A stretch of 64,000 nt of DNA, taken from Saprolegnia diclina VS20. Its lineage: Eukaryota. How positions within the stretch are numbered: position 1 is the first letter of the stretch; each line of letters starts with the position of its first letter. The notes below the pieces were generated by a model that was not told the origin of the DNA, made no database searches, and worked only from the letters and a program-made list of their open reading frames with translations. A program made the translations under genes and the position numbers. Positions 1-12,219 of the stretch are shown here, piece after piece. The DNA is taken from NCBI RefSeq assembly GCF_000281045.1, contig NW_008246083.1, positions 632,186-696,185 of the forward strand, given 5' to 3'.

Positions 1-55
1 TCTCGCCCGTCTTCTTCGGGGCCTTGGCGGACTTCTTGCTCGGGGTCTTGGCCAT
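1..55 (-). CDS. H2B: Histone H2B, 5' end only (runs off window)
   Basis: Reverse strand reads MAKTPSKKSAKAPKKTGE..., a Lys/Ala/Pro-rich H2B-type tail, divergent from H2A as in classic H2A/H2B pairs. Confidence 0.8.
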   Translation of the reverse strand, partial: MAKTPSKKSAKAPKKTGE

Positions 56-322
56 CTTGCTGGTTCGAATGAAATTCAAAAATGAGCTCAAATCAGCCAC
101 GAACGAAATTCGCGCCAGGTGGACCGCCAAGGCGCGACTTAGACGCACATGATTGGCTCATGAGTGGACCCATATACATGATTGGCCATATTTGGCGGGA
201 CAAGCCGTCGATTGGCGGAATGTTTTGTCATTGGCCTGTGATTGGTGCGTTTTGGTCGGCGTCAATTCTGGCGCGCGTCGAGCAGTCATTTTCAATTTTG
301 ATCTCTACAACACAAGCACAAG
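56..322. promoter_or_regulatory. Bidirectional H2B/H2A promoter with CCAAT boxes and Inr/FPR-like elements
   Basis: ATTGG at 152, 181, 211, 230, 241; TCATTTTCAATTTTG at 286-300 (+) and GCTCATTTTTGAATTTC at 71-87 (-) resemble the oomycete Inr+FPR core promoter. Confidence 0.7.
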
Positions 323-730
323 ATGTCTGGCAAGGGTAAAGCTACGGGTGGCCGCGGTGCCAAGGGCAAGGCCTCGTCGCGCTCGTCGAAGGCCGGCCTC
401 CAGTTCCCGGTCGGTCGTGTCGCTCGCTTCCTCAAGAAGGGCCGCTTCGCCCAGCGCATCGGCGGTGGTGCCCCGGTCTACCTCGCCGCTGTCCTCGAGT
501 ACCTCTGCGCCGAAATCCTCGAGCTTGCCGGCAACGCCGCCCGCGACAACAAGAAGTCGCGTATCATCCCGCGCCACATCCAGCTCGCGGTCCGCAACGA
601 TGAGGAGCTCAACAAGCTCCTCGGCGACGTGACGATCGCGTCGGGCGGTGTGCTCCCCAACATCCACAACATCCTCCTCCCCAAGAAGACGTCGCTCCCG
701 ACCAAGGAGGCCAAGTCCACGAAGGCGTAA
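323..730 (+). CDS. H2A: Histone H2A (canonical type, intronless)
   Basis: [15 protein letters not shown]...[45 protein letters not shown]; no C-terminal SQ motif of H2A.X. Confidence 0.98.
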   Translation: MSGKGKATGGRGAKGKASSRSSKAGLQFPVGRVARFLKKGRFAQRIGGGAPVYLAAVLEYLCAEILELAGNAARDNKKSRIIPRHIQLAVRNDEELNKLLGDVTIASGGVLPNIHNILLPKKTSLPTKEAKSTKA

Positions 731-776
731 ATTCGTGCACCTGCATCACCCGGAAGCTTTCGCTTCCATCTCACCT

Positions 777-797
777 GGCTTTTCTAAAAGCCACCCA
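777..797 (+). terminator. Histone mRNA 3' stem-loop
   Basis: GGCTTT-TCTA-AAAGCC followed by ACCCA: 6-bp stem, 4-nt loop, matching the replication-dependent histone stem-loop pattern, 47 nt after the stop. Confidence 0.85.
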
Positions 798-988
798 CTT
801 TCCAAGAAGTATCGCCATCGGCTGCTGCGAATAGCAGGCTCGACTTAGTAGCGTAGTGACTAACTACGACCTGGGCGTCCGTACCAACAGCAGCACGAGC
901 AGGCCAGGAACATTGCCTCCGTCTCGTCGTCCTTTCACTGCATTCTGCAAACAAGAAACCTACGTTATTATGCAATGGACCGTGGGTG

Positions 989-2597
989 TCACAGCCCCAC
1001 GGACGTCCACGGCTTGGCGGTAGCAGGCGGCTTGGCCACCTTGATGGGGCTCACGCGAATCATGCTTCGCGGGAGCTCGGGTCGCGCGGGCGTGAACTGG
1101 AAGCTTTTGAAGCCCATGAAGCCAGCGATCGTGTGCGGGCGCGGCGACGGCGGCGCTACGATCGACGCGTCGTCGTCGACGTCCTCGGGCTCGAAAAAGA
1201 GCCGCAGCGATTTGGGCGTGTACAACACTGGCATCTCGACCGTAAAGACGTCGCCGATGCAGAGACCCTTGTCGCCGCAGCCGCCAAAGATCATCATCTA
1301 CACCATTCTTGCTCAGCTTTGGGGTCAAGAAGACGCCTACTTGATTCTCAACGATGCTAAAGACGTGCCGTATCCGCGGCGGGATCGGCGCCACATGTGT
1401 CAGCGTCGACCAGCGCTGGAGCTCTACGCTCATCCGTCGTTAGACGTTCTCTACTCAACGACCGCACCGAGATCGAGGCAGTGGATCGCGCCGTCGTCAA
1501 AGCCGCGGTGTGTTTTCCCGCCAAAGAGAAAGAGGCAGAGCGGGTTGACCGGGTGCTGCTGCATCACGTGGCCATACCGCGCACTGGGTGGTGTCCCGTC
1601 CAACGGCGAAACGACTTGCCAATGACTCGTGCGCACGTCGAGCGCGTACACCAGGTTGTTGGCCAAGCCCGTGTCGGGCGGGAGGTCCTCGCTTGCGTCG
1701 CTTCGCGGGCGCTCGGGGCTTGGCAGCGTCGTGGTTGTCTTGGCTGTTTGACCCCCAAACACAAGCATGTAACTGGTGCCATGCAGCATGATCGCGCTGT
1801 GGTGCGAGCGCGGACCCGGCGAGCTGCCCGTCATCGCCGGCTCGTACCAGCACAGCGTGGCGAGGTCGAGGCGTTGGAGGTCGTCAAAGTACGCGTCCTT
1901 GCTCAGCATCCGGTCGAGGCCCGACCCGCCGTAAATGTAGAGCATCTACATAATATCTTTTGTTGTACAAACACCTATGATGGAAATATTGTCCTCGTAC
2001 GTTGTCGTGCAAGACGAAGCTGTGGCCGCGGCGAGCAATCGGTACAAAGTTGACATGCCCGTCGGCGCCAGCACATGAGACGACGGCGCGACGCCATACG
2101 AACGTGTCGAGGTCCAAGATCGAGAGGTCGTCGTAGAGGTTTTTGGTGTTGAGGCCAATCTCAGGGCCTTGGCCGCCAAAGAGCCAGAGCTCCCTTGCTG
2201 CCGCATGCAGCACACACGCGTGGCCGCAGCGAGGCGACGGCACGTTGCCGCTGCACTCGACCGTGCGCCAGAGATGCGTCGTGAAATTATACTCGACGAG
2301 GCTGTTGGAGCGCTGGCCGTTGTCTTCGAATCCGCCAAAGAGGTAGAGCGCGTCGCCGAGAACGCCGCCCGATCCGCCTACGCAAGGCCAAGATGATGGT
2401 GAGCACGCCATTTAGTTTTCGTAGTTGCCTTGGCGCAGATGCGGGCGGTAGTTGTAGCGCTGCGGTGGCGGGGCCAAAAGGCGCCACGTCATCGATTCGA
2501 GAGGAACGCGCGGCGGGTCCCCGGCTTCGCGCAGCTTGGCCTCGAGGTCGTCCGGGGCCTTGATCTTGATGCGGCGGACCCGCGCTGGTGATTGCAT
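989..2597 (-). CDS. Kelch-repeat protein (multi-exon; 3' end uncertain)
   Basis: Repeated LYLFGG/LWLFGG/LYIYGG/MLVFGG motifs with PSPRCGH, PGPRSHH, PSARYGH across ORFs 1884-2411, 1451-1945, 989-1297. Confidence 0.85.
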
Positions 2598-4066
2598 CGG
2601 TCACACGTCCTAAACTAGTCGAGTACTAGTATATTTTTAGATGCTAGTCGACTTGACAAGTCGTCCAGTGCTATCAGAATTGGTTTGGTCGCAAGCACAT
2701 TTGCAAGCTCGAGTCTTTGTCAAGTATGGCTGCGTGCATGAGGAATGAAGGCTGACTCGTTTGGGATGGCTGCGGCGCGGACGATACGAGGAAGGTGCCG
2801 AGACCTGTTGCGACGACAGTGCTACGGACTATTCGGTCGATAACGAATGCGAGAGGGACGATAGTCTACTTCGTGGTCTCTTGCAAGAGCTTCTTGCCGT
2901 CGCGTGCTGACTAAACTAAGGAATGACAACAAATTCGGCTTTCGATACCAGGAACACGACACGGGTACGGTTGAAATCTGCTTCACAAAGAACGAGCCGG
3001 CCGTCTTGAGTCTGATCCATCGCTAGCAGATAGCGCTGTCGTGGCTGTCGACCGCGACAAGACATGGACGCTTCGTGAGCACAGCTTTGCACCCGAGGCC
3101 AATCGCGCGACTTGGTGGTCATGGTAGCGAGAATACGGCTTCTTCCAAACTCCCAATGCGCCCTTTTCTTGGAGGGACAAGCAGTACCAACGTTGGCGGC
3201 ATCTCTGCGCGCTATGGCGCGAAATGTTGGTCTGTGCGATTTGCTACCACATCAAGTTGGTAGGATCAAGCGCCTTGAGATCGGCAGTCTACAGAGGCGA
3301 CGGCAAAGTGCTACATGCTAGGTGCAAGCTCCGGACGTCGCTCGAAGGCTACAGGTTTGCATGCTGTTGGTAGTAGGGGTCCTAATTGTCGACGCTGATA
3401 ATTTGAAGATGCGTTGCGCGCCAAGAATACGCCGGATATATTCCGTTATCCGGTAACAACCAGCTGCAGTTAATCAAGTTGTGTGTCGCAGAGGCCGCAA
3501 AGCATGGCGTGCGCTTGCTTGATATAGAACCACTAGTGAAGGCATGCCATTGGTCAGTTCAGGAAGCGAGTTGATACTTCAACAACGGAGCTCCTGGGTT
3601 GCGGCCAATGAATTCGCTCCTTCCAAGCATATGGCTTGAGCAATCCTTGTCCCTTGTAGTATCAAGTTGGCAATAGGTACCTATCTTCATGTCGCACGTC
3701 AGCACTACACAAGGTGGTTTGGGAGATTTTAAAACCTTATCCCACTAGAGCATACTAAGTCGTACCGTGCAGCTTCTTGGCTCTCAAATACTACCTCTCA
3801 GGTACTTTGTGGGCTTTGAAAGTCTTCTCCACAAGCTCAAACGGCCTTTCTCGGAAGCCCGGTGCCACATCCTTATCAAGTTGAAACATTGAAATAACGA
3901 CACTTACCCACGATGGGCAGCTGTCGCTTGGGTGCAAATCGAGGGTCGCAGCTGGTTTCTTGCCGGATACGGTCTCGTATACCGGATAACGCCAAGTGTA
4001 TCCGGTATGGCGATCACTCGACCGAAATGCTCACATTTCAATTTTCACTTATCAACAACATTGGCA

Positions 4067-4827
4067 ATGAACAAGAACACGTGGACGCCGAGCGAGGTTG
4101 GCGCTTGATCTTTCCCCGCCTGTCGACTTATCAAGTGTATTTAAATAGCTTGCCCTTCTCCAGACCGTCCAACCGAGCCTCACGACGTGGAAGGCGGCAG
4201 CGGCTGCTTTTCCCGGCCACAGCCCCGAAGACTGCCGCCAAAAGTGGCTCTCCGAGTTCAGCGTGCCGGCCAAGAACAAGGGCGCGTGGTCGGCAGACGA
4301 AGACGACCGGCTCCGTGGCGCCATGCAAATCACTACCAAGTGGCTCAAGGTCGCAAAGATTGTCAAGACCCGCTGGTACGCTGCACCCCGCGGCCTTGAA
4401 CCGATGACTTACGCCTCTTGTCACTAGCTCTCGCCAATGCCAGAGCCGCTGGGTACGCATGGGCAAGGAAGACGGCACGCCCACCCGCGCCGTCCACGAG
4501 CAGGCGACGACCGAGCTGCCTATGGACCTTCTCACCTTTGACGACTGCGACTTTACGAGCATGGTTCAATTAACGCCGCCGACCGAGGCCGAAGACGTTG
4601 AACAGCACTGGATCGACTGGATGCCCGTGCCGGAGTCCGACTGCTTCAACAGCGTCGCCTCGGACGTAGCGCTGATGGATCAAGTCATGGTGCGCGCGCC
4701 GGTCGCGACGGCACAGATTTGGCCGCTGGAGCCTGCGTGTGTGGAGCTCCAGGTGCCAGTGAGCTCTGCCGACATTGCCTCGAACGTGGATTTTTGGCCC
4801 GACATGAGCGTCGTTGTCCAAGTCTGA
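4067..4827 (+). CDS. Myb-family (two-repeat) transcription factor, 3 exons
   Basis: Spliced reading MNKNTWTPSE/LALLQ...TWKAAAAAFPGHSPEDCRQKWL...NKGAWSADEDDRLRGAMQITTKWLKVAKIVKTR/SRQCQSRW followed by an acidic C-terminus; Inr-like sequence just upstream. Confidence 0.8.
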
Positions 4828-5334
4828 GCTCAGTTTCCCCTATTTAATTCGTGTAAGCATCTGCCTCTAAAATGTTCTACTAGTACAGTGCACGCCACCT
4901 GTACCCTACCAGCTAAATGGGGTCCAAAACTTTTGTATCCCAGCTGTGAAAACATAATGTTTTAGGAAAAGGACGTTATAGATCGACTGTTCAGTCCAAG
5001 GGGAAGCGATGTATAAGATCGGATTGCAATAAATCGAAAAAATGAGCAAGTTATCGGCGTTCGAAGTTGGGGCTCTACAACACTACGAGGTATGGCGTAA
5101 GAGTAGTTGGTACAAAATACGACAACGAGGAAAACGAAGACTCTCCTGCAGCTCCGGCGCTGGGCCACTTGTTGTGACGTCACAAATGGCGTCTGGTCGT
5201 GTCGCATATCAATGTACCAGCTGCTAATTAAACAGATGGATGCGATTAGATAGTGTGTAATAATGCACAGAATTGTCATGTGTTCCAATGTCACCTTTTC
5301 ATACGTTCGTAGAAATACAAAAAGTGCAATAAAG

Positions 5335-5408
5335 TGCTCCAGGGGGGGTTCGAACCCTCGACCTGCGGCTCATAAGACCACCGCTCTAACCAGCTGAGCT
5401 ACAGGAGC
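5335..5408 (-). tRNA. tRNA-Ile (anticodon TAT), intronless
   Basis: GCTCCTGTAGCTCAGCTGGTTAGAGCGGTGGTCTTATGAGCCGCAGGTCGAGGGTTCGAACCCCCCCTGGAGCA folds as a cloverleaf with loop CTTATGA; T-run downstream. Confidence 0.93.
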
Positions 5409-5565
5409 AGTTACGCAGCATTTCGCAAGTCAGAAGCCAGCTATTTTTATGAAAAGGTTGATTGTTTTTGGCGGGACTTCGATTCCACTGGGTCCGGGGA
5501 CTCTTTTAAATACCTACAGTGTACAATATGTCGCACTTCATTCAACTCCCTTACAACTAATAGTA

Positions 5566-8500
5566 TTATTGAAGATGGTTGAGGTCGCGGTAGCTAGGCT
5601 GCTGGTTGGACGCGCCAATGGGCGGCAGCGGTTTGGGGCCGGACGTTAGCGCCGAGAAGCTTTGGGGTTTGGTTTTTCGGTTGAGCTTTGGTGGCGGGCC
5701 AAGGCTCGGCGGAGTCGCCGTCAGTGTCGTGGGCTTGAGCACTTGGAGCACACCCACGTTTGGGCTTCGGCCAAACGTCTTGTTGTACACGTCCTCGCGG
5801 TTGAGGAGCTCCCGCTTGATGTACGCCATCTCCTCGACCGTCTGCTGTACGAGTGCATCTTTGGTCGCGACCTCTAACCCTTTTCATGAGCCATCGGTTT
5901 CTTCCATGAGCGACGCACCTTGCTCGAGCTCGGAAATGCGGTTGACGTCCTCGACGCGGCTATCGCGACGCGCGTACGCCGCTTCCCACTCGCGCACCTT
6001 GGCGATCAAAACTTGCTGCTGTTCGTGGAGGAGCCCGCGCGTTTTCTCAAATTGCGCTACGCTCATTTGTGTCGACTCCTTGGGGTTGGGATTGCATACC
6101 GTTGAGCTGCCGGGTCTCGTTGACATGGTCGTCCAAAAGGTGCTCGAGCTCCGTCTTGTGCTGCCGCGCGAGACCATCGAGCTCCTGCGTTTTCTCTGCG
6201 GCCAGGCGCTTTTGCGTGCACTTCCACTCGTCTTGCTTGTGCTACGCGCCCATGTTGCTCCACGTTCAACCGCAGTAGGTACCTCGAGAACGGCCAGCTG
6301 CGTCGTGAGCTCGTCCTGAAGCTTCCGAATCGCATCGGCTTGGTTGGCGACGAGACGCTGGCTCGCTTCCAAGGCTTCGTCTTTGGACGCAACGACCGTT
6401 TGGTGCTGGTCGTTCAAGGTTTGCACGAGGGTATCGCGCTCTCGATCCTTCTCGAGCTTGGCCACGTGCACTTGACGGGCAACTTCCCGCGCGTGAAAGC
6501 TCGCTTCGTCTTGGATCTGCTTGTCGTATTCGGCACATCGGCGTTCGAGGTGCTTCTCCAGCGCCAGTTTGTCACTTGCGAACATTTCGCGGGCTTGCGC
6601 CAAGGCCGTGGCGGACGCTGCTTGGTGCGCCGCCAGCGCCTCTGCCGCTGTTTGCTGCTTTGAAGCCAACTGCGCTGCGTGTGCTTCGCGTAGCGATGCC
6701 ATGGCCGCGGCGTGGTCGTCACCGAATTGCAGGACGGCGCTGCGCTGGGTGGCGTCAAGCGCGGCTATCTGCACTCGAAACTGTTCATCTAGACGCCAAT
6801 TTAGGAAGACAGGCTGCTGCGAATCGATGGACCTTGGGCCTGCAGAAGCTTGTGAAACTCGGCGCGGTCGTAGGCGTTGGACGCTTCGTGGTCGACGACC
6901 TTTTGCTTCCACATGTCGATTTGAGACTGGACAGCGGCGAGGTCGGTGGCATGCATCGAAAGAAGAAACCCGCGCTGCTCGTCGACATGGACCTGCATCG
7001 TCTGCTGTGCTTCCTCGACAGCTACCCGCGCCACTACCTAGAGACAAGCTGACAAGGCAACGCGTACCTGTGGCGATCGATGCTTGCATGTTGGCGCGGA
7101 GATGATCGAGCTGGGCTTGGTGCGTTTGACGGAGGGTGGCAGCCGCCTCGTCGTGGTTCTTGGTCAGCGTCTCGAGCTTTTTTTTAAGGGTGACGAGTTC
7201 GGCTTGTGCCGCCTCGCACTTGGCTCGCTCCTTTTGCTGCGCCTTGGCGTCGTGGTCCCGCAGACCTTCCTATAGCGCCCGTGTTGTCTAGCCCATAGTA
7301 TTCCAGACAGATTACATACGAGCTGGCCGAGCTTTTGTTTCAATTCTTTGGCCTCTTTCGAGGACGTGGTCTCGGCGAGCTTGAGCTGATCGGCGAACAG
7401 CTTGGCTTCGCCTTTGAAGCGCGTGAGATCCTTGTTAGCCGCCGCGAGCTCATGTGTTGTTGCGGCGAGCTGGTCCTGCGCGGCTTGCACTGCGCTTTGG
7501 CTCTAGTATCGGGGACATAGTGTCATTTCCGGGGCGAGTACAAGTAGCAGATTAAAGGCACCTTGGTGAGCTCGGCCTGGAGTGCACGCGTTTTGGCCTC
7601 GAGGTCGTTTCTCTGCGTCTCGGACACGTGCTGCGCCGATTGAGTAAGCGCAGTTATCTGCTTTTGGTGCTCGAGTGCGAGGCGCGCTTCAAGCGCGCGA
7701 AGTGCCGCGGCGCTCTCGGCTACCAATTGCGCCTTAGCTGCTGCCAGGGCCACATCTGCGTCGGTGACGGCCTTGTCCAAGCGCTCTTTGGAGGCGACTA
7801 GTCGTAGCCGTCATGCGATCATTCAGATGATGCAAGGTCCACGCACCATGCAGCTGCGCGAGCTCCATCTTGAGCGCTTGCACACGAGCGTTGAGCTCAG
7901 TTTCTTTGCCTTGAAACTCGGTGAGCTTTTTCTGAGCTGAGAGCAACTGCTTCTTGACGTCGTCTTCGGCCTTGATGGCATGCGCATCGTTGGTCTTGAT
8001 GAGTTCTCGAAGCTTCTTGACTTCCGACTTGTGCGCCTTGAGTGTTGCGAGGCGCTGTGCAAGCTCGGCGTCCTTGGCGCGCAACTCTTGAGCCCACGTT
8101 GCCTCCTTTTCCGAGAGCCTACAACCATTGGTCGTCGTCAACCTTGTCGTACAAGCGTACTCGATGTGGTTGGAATCGCGTGCCTTGGCCACCGCGTCGA
8201 GGTTGGCGGCGAGCGCCTTGCGGTCAATCTCGGCCGCCTCGAGCGCGGTGCGGGCGCGTTGCACTTCATCTTGAAGCAATCGCATCTGCTTGTCCCGCTC
8301 GTCGAGCTGGGTCTTGAGCGTCTGCAGTACGACCTCGGTGTTGTCGCTCTGGCCTTGCTGGGCCTTCTTGAACGCTGCAAACTCGATCTCGACTTGCTTG
8401 GACGACGCTCTCAGCGCCGAGAGTTGGGTCGCAAGGTCCTAACCCAATTTTCTTCGCCATATCGGGCTCGAACCCTTACCTGTTTGTCTGAACGAAGCTG

Positions 8501-9442
8501 CGATTCACTGCCGCGCAGCGTCTCGAGCTCGGCCAAGAGCCGCTCCATCTACGCCCCCGAGCCACGCGTGACGTACTCGTCGAGACGCGTCTCCACGGAC
8601 CTTGGAAACCATCTCGTTCTTGAGCGTGTCCGCCGACGTGTTGCACTCGAGCTCGCGGCGCTTGACCGCCATGCGCATCTCGAGCTCGGTTTTCTCCTGC
8701 ATCTGCGCTATCGCTTGTTGGTGCGCCTCGTCCTTCGCGCGGAGCTGCTCCTGACACTGCGCACGAAGCTCATCCTGTGGAACGTCGTCCATCTTGGTTT
8801 TCTAAGGCGTCCACACATCCGCGTACTTGTTGGTTGAGCTGCGCCGTAAGCATGTCGTTGTACTTTTGGTTGGACGCTGTCACCATGTCGGCGACTTCGT
8901 CCGAGTGCTTCTTGCGCAGCGCGTCGGCTTCCTTCTACTCCCCCGTTCAGAAAACGATTTTGAAGCAGAGGACGTACGCTGCCGTGGTGCACCTTGGCCT
9001 GGACAGCGTCGAGCGACGCCTTGAGCGACACAACGCGCTCATGAAAGGCGGCGCGGACCTTCTTGACGTCGTCGGCCATGGCCAGCAGCTCGCGCTTGTA
9101 GCTGTCCTCCGATGCCTTGGACGCCCTGGCGACGTCGTCCTTGAAGGCTTGGAACTGGGCGAGCGCCTCTTGCTTCTCGGCACGATGCCGGTCCTTGATC
9201 TTCTTGAGCGACTCGGAGCCTTTGAGCGCCGCCTCTTTCTTTTCGAGCGACTCTTTCAGGCTGGCCATCTTGGCGGCTGCGTCCCGCGCGACGGCCTCGG
9301 TTTCGCGCCGGTGGCTCGCCGCCGTGGCCTGGAGCTCGGACGCTGCGTCTTCGTTCTTGGTGTTGAGGAGGAAGATGACTTTGGTCAGCTGCGCGATCTT
9401 CTTGCTCATCTTGAGCTGCAAGTCCGCGTCCATCGCCGCCAT
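5566..9442 (-). CDS. FAM184: FAM184-like long coiled-coil protein (many exons)
   Basis: N-terminal KMSKKIAQLTKVIFLLNTKNE and C-terminal ELLNREDVYNKTFGRSPNVGVL match conserved FAM184 termini; heptad-rich interior. Confidence 0.8.
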
Positions 9443-9740
9443 CCCAACGGCCTCGACGAGGCTGAAACCGGTTTCACCATTTCTTGCCCATTTCACACGT
9501 ATTTAGTGTTACAAAGCGTCCGCATATTGTCCACAATGCCGATGGTGGATACGTGGGAGCTACGTTGAAGCCCCACACAAGCCACGCGTGGTGGGCAATC
9601 GATCCTACTCGCCGGGACCGCTTGCCCCGGTCCTGGTTTCGATTCTACTATACTAGTATGACACTATATGATTCTTCAGATATAATAGTGTACAATCGGG
9701 GCCAAGACGGTCACGGGTGTATCTTGTAGAGCCGTCGGCA

Positions 9741-11350
9741 ATGACGAGCTGGGCCGCGCCGACCGAGCCTGCCATCCTAAGCATTGGTAAGACGCCTCCG
9801 TCATCTTGCGACCGTACCATGTTGTGCATGTAGCGGGCGCGACGTATCCCGTCTTCTTCACCTACGGCCAGGAGGACAAAAGCCTCCAGGTCACGATCGT
9901 TTGCGCAGCGACGAGCACGGAGTTTACGACGACGCTGCCAGCGACGACTGTCGATATCCTTGCGTCCGCCGCCAAGTGTGATGCCGCCTCTCAGGTGCGA
10001 CGCCAATTTTGTCAACGGTTGCGAGCAGCACGTGCGTCGTCAGGCGTTCCGCGCGTTCGTTCTCGACCACGTTCGATTGCGCGTCGACGGGCGCACCCGC
10101 GCGTTCTTCCTCGGCCATGTACTTCAAGTTATCAAGAACTCGACTCGATTTTTTATGGCTAGACGCGCTTCCACGATCGTCATTTTGATGCTGGGCGACT
10201 GGCCGATGCCGAGCAAGGTGTTGGCAAGCGCCTCGTGCGCCAGTTTGGTGACGTGGTGCGGTCCCTCGCCGACCAGCGCACTGTACGAGTCGACTTCGTG
10301 GGTGTAATGACGCACAAGCGAAACCATAGCTCCAAGAGCGCATCGTGTGGAGTAACCAGCAGCTCATGGACACCCTCACGAAAGGCTTCGAGCACATGCA
10401 CGAGCTCGCGGCGCGCTTTGGTACCTACGATGACGCGTTCACCACTGCCCATTTATGTTCTCTGCAGTGCAGCACGATGCGGTCGTGACCCAGCTCGTGG
10501 CGGACGTGCAGCAGGTACGATTTGGTGTTCGAAGCGGGGACCGACGGTTAGGAATGTAGTGGCGACGCCTCGATATGGAGAGATACCGCGACTGGATGGA
10601 GCTACAGCAACACGACCGTAGGCGCCACAACACAAGGGCTGTCTGCTATACTTGATGCTAGATCGCATTGTCGAAGAGCTCGAAGAGAGACTGCACATGG
10701 TCTCGGACCGTACGCAGGTTCAGAGCCAACGATGCGTGAAAACGAAAAATGTCGTTGAGTAGAGCTTGGTGGCCACGTGCGGTGCTTTAGAGACGTCGCT
10801 CAAGGCCCAGCTCCAAGACGCCGAGACGTCGTCGGCCCTTCGACACCGCGCGCTGGACGTCGAGACCAAGGCGATGCAGCAACATGTACACGACAAGCAA
10901 CTATGTACACTGACGAATCGACCGGCATTGAATGTAGCTTGACGACCACCAAGCGCTCATGCGCCGGGAAATGGACCGGCTGCGCGATGCGTTGGGTCTG
11001 CTGAACGACGCCCACTGCAATACCTCCAAGCAGCTCAGTACGCTTGTCGTATGTTGTTATCTTTGGAGCAACCCGTCTGTGAGCACCTGCTGTGACCAAA
11101 TAGAGCCAAATGGACTCGGTGGACGACCTCGCCGAGCGCGTTAGCTGTACCGCCAAGCTCGTGGCGCAGCTTCGACAAGACCACACGGAGGTACTGCGAC
11201 GTGCGTCGGGCGTCCTCCTATACTACTACACGTGTGTAGATGCTGCCCAAGCTGCAAGAAATGTACGTCGGCGAGCGGCGGCGCGAAGCCATTGCCGCGA
11301 TCGACCAACTCAACTTTTCGGCGCTCAAACCCCCCGCGAGCCACAGCTAG
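9741..11350 (+). CDS. Hypothetical multi-exon protein with C-terminal coiled coil
   Basis: Chain of short coding-biased segments separated by GT..AG introns (MTSWAAPTEPAILSI/AGATYPVFFTY... to ...IAAIDQLNFSALKPPASHS*); model approximate. Confidence 0.45.
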
Positions 11351-11501
11351 TAATAAGATCTGAGTTGCCCAACGTCCAACGTCTTGTTTTCGAATGAGCC
11401 TGGAAGATCGCAACGTAATGGTCCGGATAATGCATCCGGATCGTGAGCCACGGCCACGTGGGGTCATTTTCAAAGTCCACGTGGCCAGCAAGTCGAGCAG
11501 C

Positions 11502-11757
11502 ATGTCGTCCGCGCCCGCCAAGCTTCGCCTCCGCAACGAGAAGCACTCGAGCAACATCACCAAGCGTGGCAACGTGCCCACGTCGACGCGGGTACGCGCA
11601 TGCGACACAGCGCGCGCCGAGGCTCATGACGCGTCTGTAGGTCGTGCGCGAAGAAGGCTACAAGGTCGGCCCTGTCGTGCTCGGCGTGCTCTTCTTCCTC
11701 GTCGTCGGCTCGGCCATCCTCGAGGTCCTCCGCGCCGCCCAGTTTGGCGGCTTGTAA
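11502..11757 (+). CDS. SERP1: Stress-associated ER protein SERP1/RAMP4, 2 exons (intron 11592-11640), 68 aa
   Basis: MSSAPAKLRLRNEKHSSNITKRGNVPTSTR/VVREEGYKVGPVVLGVLFFLVVGSAILEVLRAAQFGGL*: NITKRGNV motif plus C-terminal TM segment. Confidence 0.92.
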
Positions 11758-12219
11758 GTGCGCCCACGCCGCGCATCTAGTTAGGAGCTAGCGTCGTCGT
11801 CGACTGTACGGGCGCTAATGCAGCACGTTGTATCTATCGACGGATCGAAATGGGCCGCGTCTTTGCAACCACGCTGCGTAAACTCAGCGCAACAGCCGCG
11901 TGGGCCCACGTTACCTTGCAGGCATGTGATTGGCGCCTCAACCGTCGCCGGTGTCCCGCACAGTGTTCATACGTGGCATGGTCGTGCGTGGCCAGCGCTA
12001 CGCGCTCTGCACGGACGCCATTTCCAGATCCTCGTGGAGAAGGCTGCGGCCGGAACATGGCAACCTCGCGGCGAGGAGGAAGAGATGCGGTTGATGCCGT
12101 CAGTCCACTACGGCTTGCAGAGGCTGCAGTGCCAAAACGGCAGTTGTCCCACGCGACCCGTCATCCGAGTTGCTTTTCTTGGGATTTGTCACCAGTTTTG
12201 ATTTCACCGGCGTAGTGCG

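Noticed and set aside
323..730. H2A variant (H2A.X or H2A.Z) assignment
   Set aside because: No C-terminal SQ[ED] motif and no H2A.Z signature; the stem-loop and H2B pairing favour canonical H2A
2700..3900. Short ORFs in intergenic stretches (also 15100-16600, 19000-19800, 24500-25250, 32600-34300, 59400-60300)
   Set aside because: No transposase, reverse transcriptase or other recognisable motifs; treated as non-coding or unidentifiable relics
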